NCBI GenBank assembly: GCA_050290185.1
Contig: JBNKHE010000010.1
Span: 1-64,000 of the forward strand
DNA from: Pontiella sp.
GTDB lineage: Bacteria > Verrucomicrobiota > Kiritimatiellia > Kiritimatiellales > Pontiellaceae
Reading direction: 5' to 3'
DNA length: 64,000 nt
A program made the position numbers and the translations under genes. Within the stretch, counting starts at the first letter, position 1, and every line of letters starts with the position of its first letter. The notes under the pieces are model-generated. The model had not been told where the DNA came from. It saw only the letters and a program-made list of their open reading frames with translations, and searched no databases. Positions 27,871-35,944 of the stretch are shown here, piece after piece.

Positions 27871-27948
27871 TGGAATGCGGGGTCAGGTCTGAATAATCAA
27901 CATATGGCCTATGTGGATGTAGAAAATTAAGACCTGAGCCCGATTTCC
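27871..27948 (+). repeat. REP-like element (family C), complete copy
   Basis: Terminal inverted repeats GGGGTCAGGTCT ... AGACCTGAGCCC around a conserved spacer. Confidence 0.85.
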
Positions 27949-27976
27949 CGCTGTTTGTTATTGGGGTAGTGCGTTC

Positions 27977-28054
27977 CATTGCGCCCATGTTTCATACCTG
28001 TATTCCGAGTTAACCGGTGTTCATCCGTGGCGATGATCCTGCAGGTGTCCGGTT
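27977..28054 (+). repeat. 78-bp direct repeat (family D), copy 1
   Basis: CATTGCGCCCA.GTTTCAT...ATTCCG.GTTAACCGGTGTTCATCCGTGGC.ATGATCCTGCAGGTGTCCGGTT recurs at 28784-28861. Confidence 0.88.
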
Positions 28055-28317
28055 TTCTGCCTTGCCAAGGGGATTTAACCACAAGATGCACATCATTCAC
28101 AAAACCACGTCAAGACGCCTGCTTGGGCTTCTGGTGCATTTTGTGGCTAATTCCGACGGTAGGCCGCCAGCCTGGCCGATCGGCATGAAGATGAATTGTG
28201 CTGTAAACTAAGTAACCCGAATGCGGGTTGAATTCCAAACCTCCTCTGCGACTTTGTCATGAACACGGTCGCTGTGAGCCGATGCAGCGTATCCTAAAGA
28301 TTTTGAAAGGAGCGCCA

Positions 28318-28614
28318 ATGAAAGAGATTGATTTGGTTGTGCCAGCCCGGGCCGACGAAATTTTTTTCGCAGCCCTTGATTATGAGACGGATAATGAAAG
28401 ACGTGCTTTCGTGGAGGCCGCATGTTTGGGCGATGCGGAATTGCGCCGGGAAGTTTATGGTCTGATTGAATTGGTTGCCGCTTCAGAAGCATTTTTCGAG
28501 CATGCTTCTGCACAACTCATGATTCCAGCTAAGGATCTCGTCGAGATTCTCGACAATCACCTTGAAGATTTTAGAACACAGGGCAGGGGTCCGTCCTCTG
28601 ACCTGAGCCTATAG
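28318..28614 (+). CDS. Small protein resembling the N-terminal helical domain of PVC-type Ser/Thr kinases, with no kinase domain
   Basis: EIFFAALD....ERRAFVEAAC.GDAELRREV..LI; AAAGGAG RBS precedes ATG 28318. Confidence 0.65.
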   Translation: MKEIDLVVPARADEIFFAALDYETDNERRAFVEAACLGDAELRREVYGLIELVAASEAFFEHASAQLMIPAKDLVEILDNHLEDFRTQGRGPSSDLSL

Positions 28615-28783
28615 GCGAAAGAGGCTGATGTTACTGCGCCGGCAACGAGCTTGGCGAAGTGGAAAATGATGCTTTCAGGCTGCTTTTGGGGGATCGCCTC
28701 CCGCTCTTTTCACGCTCTTTGATCGTTGCCGCCTAGTGGCAGTTCATGGGAAATCGTTGTTTCTTATTGGCGTTGGTGCATTT

Positions 28784-28861
28784 CATTGCGCCCAGGTTTC
28801 ATGCCAGCATTCCGCGTTAACCGGTGTTCATCCGTGGCCATGATCCTGCAGGTGTCCGGTT
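28784..28861 (+). repeat. 78-bp direct repeat (family D), copy 2
   Basis: Aligns with 27977-28054. Confidence 0.88.
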
Positions 28862-28873
28862 GCCTAAACCCGT

Positions 28874-31582
28874 CTACCTCCCTATGCGATAGAAGGCCTT
28901 GTCCCCGGGCAAGGGCATCGTCACGTGCAATCCGTTCGTTGAGTTCTGCAACGTATTGGTCACGGCCGTCCAAACGGTGTTGGTGCCCAGTTCGCCGGTT
29001 TGCTGCAGCATGCCAATGGTATTTCCGGGCCACGTGACGGTCGTCTTGCCTCCTGCAACCGAAATGCCCATGATCGATGATTCGCTGGCCAAAACATCCG
29101 GCCCGGCAAGGTAGTGCCCGTAAATGTCGTACCAGGATAGTGCCGCGGAATAGATCCGCACTTCGTCATACTCCACGTTGGAGTTGGAATCCGCGCTCCA
29201 TTGCGAACGACCCAGCCAGTTATTGACGTCGTCCAGGTTCTGCAACCGGAAGGGGACATCGCGCCAACCGATCTGGTAGCCGTCGCGGTAGAAGGTCATG
29301 CGTCCGCCCGTTGCACCGAAGAAGCCGACCCCGTCCTCGAAGGTGAAGACATAGTGGTAGCGCGTGCCTGCCAGGGTATCCATGCATGTGCCGGAAGCGG
29401 AGTCTTTGATGGCATCGGCGTCATTGCGCATCACACACAGCTGCTTGCTGATGTCGGTCCCGACGTTGATGGTCCAGTACATTGCATTCTGGGCCGAGGT
29501 TCCGCCCGCCGCCGGACCGTTCCATTCGTCGCCGCCATCGCCGGCTTCAACGGTTCTGCCGAATGAAAAGAGGCGCTGCCAGTTTTTCGAGGCAACCGGA
29601 GTGGCCCAGATTTCCACGGTCAGGTTGGTCAGCGACGAAACAATGCCGTTGGGCAGGTCAAGGTAGGCCGCATCGCCCGTTCCGTCCGTGTCGCCGGGAA
29701 GTAGCAGCCCCATTCCAGTAAAGCTCGCGCCGTTGCCGTTTACGATGGCTTCCACGCCGGAAACCGAATCCGTGACCACTGCAGCGGATGGGATCGAAGC
29801 GGCCGGCTCGTCGAAGGACCAGCGGTAGACCAGCGCAGACAGGTTGGTTGCATTATCCTGATACGGCTCGACAAAAGCGTCCAGCGCGGCGAGCGGTGCG
29901 GCGAAAACGGTGCAGTGGTGCGGTGGTCCGCCATCGTAGCCGTAGTCGGGCACATCCGCCTTCGCCGGCAGGTCGGTCTGAGCCGAAACTTCCGTCCAGT
30001 TGGTGGTGTTCGACGAAATAGCCATTCGAAAAACATCGTCACTCAGTCCGGAATAGTAGTCGGCGTACAGATGCCATGTATCGCCGATCCTGATCAAGGC
30101 CGGCCCTTCGCGCGGGGTAACCATGGAGCCGCTGGAACGGGTAGCCCACGGTCCATACGGGGTGGGGGCATCCGCAAGCCAGGCGGTGTTGTTCTGCGCT
30201 GTGGCAATGATGTAGTGGTTGGTATCCACCTTGGCTACAAAACCATCAATCACTGTGGCGTCGTCCGGCCTGCGATAGAGGTCCTGCGGCTCGGTCCACG
30301 CATCGAAATCGGTGGTCAATGTATAGTAGACGTGCAGCGAGTCGCTCCCGACATCCGAGGAGAAGGCAATCTGGTAGGCATTGGAGAAATCGGCGTCGTA
30401 ATAGATTTCCGGGGCCCAGGTGCGGCCCACTTCATTGGTATTGTTTTCCCAGATCTGCACCAGCTTGACGTTCGACCAATGAACCAGATCCGGCGATTCC
30501 GCATAGCCGAAAGAGCGTGAAAAGATGTCCGAGGTAAAGACCAGGTGGAAGAGGCCATCCGGTCCGTAGACCATGGAGGGGTCGCGCACCAGGTTTGGCA
30601 AGCTGCTTCCGTTGTCGTAGTCGTCGCCCGGAAACTCCGGGGGAACGAAGACCGGGTGACCATCGTTCAACGGCTTGAAGTCGTATCCATCGGTGCTCCA
30701 GCTGATGAATACCCCGCTGTTGCCGCCTGCCGGATAGTAGCCTTCGTGATAGCACATGAGATAGACCGTTTCATTCGTCACCCCGGCCAGCGCGCCGCCC
30801 ACCTGGCTCGGCTGTGGAGCTGGCGGCGGATCGATCACGATGTTTGTCGACGGGAACGAGGTGTCCACGCCAGGGGTTCTGTAGAGATTGTCGACATGAA
30901 CCGTGGAGCCCATGTTCTGCGAAAATGCAAAGGCTTCCAGGTTCAGCGGTGCGGTAACACGTCCGAAGGTAAGCCCGGAAAGGGCCAACGTGCTGTTCGT
31001 GGTTCCGGTGGACCAATACACGTCGAACTGCTTGGCATTGTTGTCCACGACCAGCCATACGTTGTACCATTGGCCGGTATTGATGGATCCGATCGCCATG
31101 TCTCCGGTATTTTCTCCATGAGCCTTGAACTGACCCCCGGCAATAAACGGCATGACCGAATAATCCGCCCATGCATTGAATTCATCCACCGAAGCGGTGC
31201 TTTCAGCCAGGCCGAACATGCAGTCGTAGCTGTCGGCTTCGGCCATGAACTGGAAAAAATAGGTCGCCGTTGCGCCATCGGCCAAGCTGAAGTCGGAGGC
31301 GAAGTTGTTTTTTAGATCGGTTTCGGCCCCGCGCCAACCGGTGCCGTATGCCGCCAGGGACTGGTCGCCGGAGGTCGTGTCGTCGTAGATATGGGCATTG
31401 CCCGCACCGGTGGGAATCTCGGTCCAGACCTTCCCCCCGATTCCGGCACTGTAGGTGATTCCGTCGGAAAGAAGGGTGCTCGACGCATTGTCGTAACCAT
31501 CGAAACCGTCGATGCGCGTCCAGGCCGCGTAGGAAGGCAGGCAGATGCCCATTACCATGATGATGTTAAGTACTGTTTTCAT
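28874..31582 (-). CDS. Secreted modular protein: lectin-like domain, GH43-like five-bladed propeller, LamG domain, FYR tail
   Basis: Signal peptide from MKTVLN. VRDPS..GPDG.FHLVFT, WAPE, VIDG and EGP; LamG motifs WQRLFSFG..NNWLGRSQW..YDEVRIY; ends KAFYRIGR. Confidence 0.8.
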   Translation of the reverse strand: MKTVLNIIMVMGICLPSYAAWTRIDGFDGYDNASSTLLSDGITYSAGIGGKVWTEIPTGAGNAHIYDDTTSGDQSLAAYGTGWRGAETDLKNNFASDFSLADGATATYFFQFMAEADSYDCMFGLAESTASVDEFNAWADYSVMPFIAGGQFKAHGENTGDMAIGSINTGQWYNVWLVVDNNAKQFDVYWSTGTTNSTLALSGLTFGRVTAPLNLEAFAFSQNMGSTVHVDNLYRTPGVDTSFPSTNIVIDPPPAPQPSQVGGALAGVTNETVYLMCYHEGYYPAGGNSGVFISWSTDGYDFKPLNDGHPVFVPPEFPGDDYDNGSSLPNLVRDPSMVYGPDGLFHLVFTSDIFSRSFGYAESPDLVHWSNVKLVQIWENNTNEVGRTWAPEIYYDADFSNAYQIAFSSDVGSDSLHVYYTLTTDFDAWTEPQDLYRRPDDATVIDGFVAKVDTNHYIIATAQNNTAWLADAPTPYGPWATRSSGSMVTPREGPALIRIGDTWHLYADYYSGLSDDVFRMAISSNTTNWTEVSAQTDLPAKADVPDYGYDGGPPHHCTVFAAPLAALDAFVEPYQDNATNLSALVYRWSFDEPAASIPSAAVVTDSVSGVEAIVNGNGASFTGMGLLLPGDTDGTGDAAYLDLPNGIVSSLTNLTVEIWATPVASKNWQRLFSFGRTVEAGDGGDEWNGPAAGGTSAQNAMYWTINVGTDISKQLCVMRNDADAIKDSASGTCMDTLAGTRYHYVFTFEDGVGFFGATGGRMTFYRDGYQIGWRDVPFRLQNLDDVNNWLGRSQWSADSNSNVEYDEVRIYSAALSWYDIYGHYLAGPDVLASESSIMGISVAGGKTTVTWPGNTIGMLQQTGELGTNTVWTAVTNTLQNSTNGLHVTMPLPGDKAFYRIGR

Positions 31583-31675
31583 CCTACCGCCTTCGTTTTT
31601 CAACCTGTTCGCTTAAGGGCTCTCGAAAGCAATCGATCCGTGTCCCCTTGATCCACATCATCGAGCTATAACAAA

Positions 31676-31709
31676 CACGGCCCATTCCCGCTATGGAAAT
31701 GGGCCGCGT
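31676..31709 (-). terminator. Hairpin downstream of the PEP-CTERM gene
   Basis: CGGCCCATT.CC-loop-GGAAATGGGCCG followed on the minus strand by TGTTTGTT. Confidence 0.5.
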
Positions 31710-31764
31710 TATTGACGGGCCTGGCCGGCCCCGATTCCTTTCCTTGAAGGAGGAAGGAATTGAT

Positions 31765-32601
31765 TTACATCATCAGACGACGACGTATAAACAGCATGCC
31801 GAGACCTGCCGCTACAATCGTACCCAGAGTGGCCGGTTCCGGGATGTTGGTGATGGTGACGTTGTCGATATAACCGTCAAGCTTGTCGCCATGATTGTTG
31901 CCGTACAGGCCGCGGCCAACCGTCCATTGATAGTCGCTGTTGTTGCCAGGACCGGCCTGCAGCGCAACCAGAGAGGAGTCGGCGGAAGCGCTGATATCAA
32001 GGGTGCCTTCCAGTGAATTGTTTAAATAGAGGCTCAGCGTATTCCCATCACTAACCGCCTTCACCGTGTACCATGTGTCAGCTGCGTTAACGGTTGTACC
32101 GTCTAGTATCCAGCGGTTACCGGCCGTATCTGCAAAGTTGATGCGCATGATGTTGCCAGCGGTCTTCTGCAGGTACAGTGCGGCCGCATTCACGTCACCG
32201 CCTAAATTATAACCGTCTTTACCGACGACTGTTTTGTACGCGCCGATGTCGGATGAAGCAAAGACAACGTCGGCTTCGATTGACCATTGGGCCAAAGCAC
32301 CAACGTTACTGCCTCCGAGCTGCAGGTCGCCGGTGGTATGGAGGCCGTCCCAGCTTGAGACCTTATCGGCTGACAGGGTTGTGTTTCCGAATATGTTCTG
32401 GGCTACGGAATAATCAGCACCGTAACTATAGAGATTATTGCCATTACCCGAACCGTCATCGAAATAACCACCACTCAGCGCTTGTCCATCCGTGGCGGCG
32501 CTGCCATTGATGCTTTCAAAATCCCAGCTTGCGATCACCGCAGCATGGGAACTTACCGCAGCGAAGGCCGTTACCAGCCCCATTGCTATTAGTTTCTTCA
32601 T
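31765..32601 (-). CDS. PEP-CTERM exosortase substrate with a LamG-like domain
   Basis: Signal peptide; W..V..V.DG....LYLN..L...VGRG......LDGYIDNV.I; C-terminal IPEPATLG-TM-RRR. Confidence 0.9.
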   Translation of the reverse strand: MKKLIAMGLVTAFAAVSSHAAVIASWDFESINGSAATDGQALSGGYFDDGSGNGNNLYSYGADYSVAQNIFGNTTLSADKVSSWDGLHTTGDLQLGGSNVGALAQWSIEADVVFASSDIGAYKTVVGKDGYNLGGDVNAAALYLQKTAGNIMRINFADTAGNRWILDGTTVNAADTWYTVKAVSDGNTLSLYLNNSLEGTLDISASADSSLVALQAGPGNNSDYQWTVGRGLYGNNHGDKLDGYIDNVTITNIPEPATLGTIVAAGLGMLFIRRRLMM

Positions 32602-32617
32602 TTTCTTTCTCCTTATT

Positions 32618-32656
32618 TTTTCGCCCGCCGCCGGACCATCCGGCGGCGGGAAAAAT
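32618..32656. terminator. GC-rich hairpin between co-oriented secreted-protein genes
   Basis: TTTTCGCCCGCCGCCGGA-CCA-TCCGGCGGCGGGAAAAA. Confidence 0.55.
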
Positions 32657-32669
32657 TATTTGGGTTGGA

Positions 32670-34385
32670 TTATTCGCCGTAGACGCGGAAGAATTCCGCC
32701 GGGTCTCCGCTGACCGGGATGATGGTGCTCTTGCCCGCCCCGCCGCTCAGACCAGTTGCGCCGGCAACCGGATTCCAAGTGGGCGAAGTCAGGCTTGTTT
32801 TGCTCTCGATCCGGTAGGTACCGACGGTGTCGGAATCCCAGTTGATCGTCACGTTTCCGCCGGAAACCGCAACCGAGTTGATGGTCGGGGCGAATCCGGG
32901 ACCGCCGGAATGTTCAACCACCTGTATGGCTGCGAATCCCCCGTTGGCACTAACCATTTTGATGTCGATCTGTCCGGCGACGCTGGGTGTCAGGCCGGTG
33001 AAGACGACATAGTTGCCGTTGGAGTTACTGCCATCGACGATATGCGAATAGTCTTCGTCGGAATACTGGATGTTGGCTCGCACCGGTGTCATGGTGAGGT
33101 TCGTCACGGAGCCCGTTCCTTCGGTAATGGTGAAGGTGGCGGGATCCTCAGTCCATCTCCACGTGGAGTAGACATAGAGGTCGTAGGTGGCATTGGGCTT
33201 AAGTCCGGACAGTTCCACGTTTCCGCCGTTTGTGAATGCCACCGAGCCATACCATCCCTGGAAGAGGCTCAGGTATGCCGCATCCGTATTTCTGGCAAAG
33301 TCGTGCTCCGCGCCATACCAGCTCAGGCCGATTGCATTGTTGGTGTTTCCGTCCGCATCGTACATCTCATAGGGCGTAGCGGGCGTGGAAGCCGTGACGC
33401 CAGGGGCGAGGAAATTGTTCCACACATTGGAGCCGGAAGTTCCCGCCGCGAGAACCAGTCCGTCGGCAACTTCTCTTGCGTTGCCTGTGCTCCCTGCGAA
33501 ATTGATGTTGTACAACACCCCTGCGGCCTGCGGAGGAATGGCAGCGACCTGGAAGGTCCAGGTGTTGGTCATTGATTCCGTCGAACCGACAGCTACTACT
33601 TGCCCCGTGTGAACGCCGATACTGAGTTCGGTTGCCGCGTAACTAACGGTATTCGTAGTTCCGGAAGGCGTACTGTTCGTTGCGACGGCCATGCCATCCA
33701 GAGACAACGTTGCCGAAACCAATGCGTCGTTTACGTCAACGATGGTGGCCTCGACGGTCTGGTTTGTTTCGGTCGACTTTTCCGTAGGGGAAACCGAGAT
33801 CGCGAACGGATCGAGACGGATCGAAAGCTCATCGAAGTTCACATGGTTATCTACACTCACAACGCGAACACCGAGTGTCTGACCAACAGACCCGGGAGTC
33901 GCAACAATGCGGTCGGTATATTCGGTCCAGTCAGAGGTGAGCGTGGGAGTCGTGAACGAGCCGATCACATTGGTAGAAGGGTCCGTGCCATAGAACAGAG
34001 TGACGGTCATGCTTGGTGTCTGAGTTGTATTCCATCTTTTTGCAAAAGCACTAATGGTATACTCATCCCCTGCCTGAATCACATAGGAACTGAGGTTATA
34101 AGCCCCATTTCCAGCGGCCATAAAGGCAGCATATTCTTGATAAGGTCCCCACCAGGCTCCTTCGTATTCAGTCCCTGCATCGGTAATTGTGCCGTAATCC
34201 TGCCAGCCAGGAACGTCATAAGCAGAGCCATTCAAGCCATCAAAGCCTTTGAATGCGGGACCACTCGCGGAAGTAGACGCATCAAAATCAAGGTTTGTAA
34301 ACGTCGACGAGATGTCTGTTGCCTGCGCGCTTGATATCGCAAAAAGCGCGCCCGCCAATAATGTTGCATAAGTACTTCGCTTCAT
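32670..34385 (-). CDS. Secreted Ser/Thr-rich protein with CBM-like domains and FFR tail
   Basis: GGAG RBS then MKRSTYATLLAGALFAISSAQA signal peptide at 34385; the ORF track extends spuriously to 34901. Ends ..W.PV...G.....IPV.....EFFRVYGE. Confidence 0.75.
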   Translation of the reverse strand: MKRSTYATLLAGALFAISSAQATDISSTFTNLDFDASTSASGPAFKGFDGLNGSAYDVPGWQDYGTITDAGTEYEGAWWGPYQEYAAFMAAGNGAYNLSSYVIQAGDEYTISAFAKRWNTTQTPSMTVTLFYGTDPSTNVIGSFTTPTLTSDWTEYTDRIVATPGSVGQTLGVRVVSVDNHVNFDELSIRLDPFAISVSPTEKSTETNQTVEATIVDVNDALVSATLSLDGMAVATNSTPSGTTNTVSYAATELSIGVHTGQVVAVGSTESMTNTWTFQVAAIPPQAAGVLYNINFAGSTGNAREVADGLVLAAGTSGSNVWNNFLAPGVTASTPATPYEMYDADGNTNNAIGLSWYGAEHDFARNTDAAYLSLFQGWYGSVAFTNGGNVELSGLKPNATYDLYVYSTWRWTEDPATFTITEGTGSVTNLTMTPVRANIQYSDEDYSHIVDGSNSNGNYVVFTGLTPSVAGQIDIKMVSANGGFAAIQVVEHSGGPGFAPTINSVAVSGGNVTINWDSDTVGTYRIESKTSLTSPTWNPVAGATGLSGGAGKSTIIPVSGDPAEFFRVYGE

Positions 34386-34569
34386 ATTCCACTCCTTTTT
34401 CCTTTTCCACTCATCGCTCAACCTTCCAGGGACCATCCGTTGGAAGCCATCTCTATCTAAATCCATTGTCGCTTTTAGATTTCCTCTTGGAGGTTTTCCA
34501 TCTCTTTTCGAGTTACCTAGTTTACGCGTATGAACGTCCGGTTCTGTTTTCACGGTCTTGCTGCGTGTA

Positions 34570-35718
34570 TCAACCCCCGGGCTCGATCGTCTGCAGTGTT
34601 GTGGTTTGGGCGGCTTGAACCGCATTGCCAAAGACGTCCAGATCCCACTCGTTGTGCCAAACGACCTTGATCGTTTCGCATCCATCGGGATGGTGGTCGA
34701 ATTCGATGGGCAACCAGAGATAGCGGCCGTTGATGGCGTTTTCGGGGGTCCAGCGGTCGGCCATGAAGATAAAGGCGTCGGGATTTCCCGCAACGGGCAG
34801 AACAAAGGTTCCCTGTCCGCAGAAGGTGCGGTAGTCGTCGTGTCCCGTGCAGGGGTTGTCGCGCTCCATCCAGGGGCCGAAGATTGACGTGGCAACGGCA
34901 TAGCGGGCGGCGTTGGGCTTCCATCCGGTGCAGCCGGAGGCGATGAAGTGGTATTTTCCCTGGTGCTTGAAGAGGGTCGGCGCCTCCATCCAGCGGCCCA
35001 CGAAGGCGCGGGCGAATTTTCCGGTATGGTCGAGATAGTCGTCCGTCAGCTCGGCGATGTGGGTCGTGCTGTTAAACTCGGAGGAGTAGATGTGGTAGGC
35101 GGTTCCATCGTCGTCGACGAACAGGGTCATGTCGCGCGACATCTGTCCTTCGAGGTAACCACGTCCAAGCAGGTTAAGTGAATCGGGGTGGTCGGGCAGG
35201 GCTGCTCCGCCGTAATAGGTTTCCATGACTTCCGGTCGCACCGGTTCCTTGTGGAAATCCTGCACGTTGATCGGCCAGACGCCTTGGTTGGGTCGGAAGC
35301 TGCGGACATAGGTGTAGGGACCGGTCGGGGTGTCGGAGACGGCGATGCCGCACAGGGCTGCCCGGTATCCATAATCCTTCAGTTCGTGATGGAACCACAT
35401 CACGAACTTGCCGGTATTGGCATTATGGATCACTTTGGGGCGTTCGATAATGCATCCAGCGGTCAATGGGTGATCCGGATCGTCGTTGACGACGGGAAGG
35501 GCGATGCCTTCGTCGGTCCAGTTGTAGAGATCGGTGGAGCTGTAGACATGGACTCCGACATGGGCCACGTTGCCGGCTTCGCCAGCGATCTTGTGCTCGC
35601 CGAACCAGTAGTAGGTTCCGTCGTGAAAGAGTACTCCACCTCCGTGGGCATTGATGTGCTCGTTATTGTTGTCCAGCCAAAGATGATCGGGTTTAAAGTT
35701 GTAGTATGGATGTGCCAT
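34570..35718 (-). CDS. GH43 glycoside hydrolase (subfamily 24-like exo-beta-1,3-galactanase), no signal peptide
   Basis: INAHGGG, YYWFGE, YSSTDLYNW, IERPKVI.N, SRDMTLFVDDDG.AY, EAP, SGCTGW.PN and MADRW. Confidence 0.85.
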   Translation of the reverse strand: MAHPYYNFKPDHLWLDNNNEHINAHGGGVLFHDGTYYWFGEHKIAGEAGNVAHVGVHVYSSTDLYNWTDEGIALPVVNDDPDHPLTAGCIIERPKVIHNANTGKFVMWFHHELKDYGYRAALCGIAVSDTPTGPYTYVRSFRPNQGVWPINVQDFHKEPVRPEVMETYYGGAALPDHPDSLNLLGRGYLEGQMSRDMTLFVDDDGTAYHIYSSEFNSTTHIAELTDDYLDHTGKFARAFVGRWMEAPTLFKHQGKYHFIASGCTGWKPNAARYAVATSIFGPWMERDNPCTGHDDYRTFCGQGTFVLPVAGNPDAFIFMADRWTPENAINGRYLWLPIEFDHHPDGCETIKVVWHNEWDLDVFGNAVQAAQTTTLQTIEPGG

Positions 35719-35944
35719 TGTGTCGTTTCCTATCGTTTGAGGTGGCGTGGGATATCTCTATTACAAAAGGTGTGTTATTCATAGCGAACCGGCGGTTACC
35801 AATTTTACACCACGTCATGAAACAGGGTGGCGGTTGATCGCCAAGATGGATTGCAATCGTGTGGTAAACTTGTTAACTTGGTCTTTGGTTCGGGAGCAAA
35901 CGTTCATGAATAACCGTGCTCCCAGGCAGGGAAAGGAAGAAAAG

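Noticed and set aside
34386..34901. 172-aa N-terminal extension of the 743-aa ORF
   Set aside because: It overlaps the GH43 gene in another frame; the RBS and signal peptide identify 34385 as the start.
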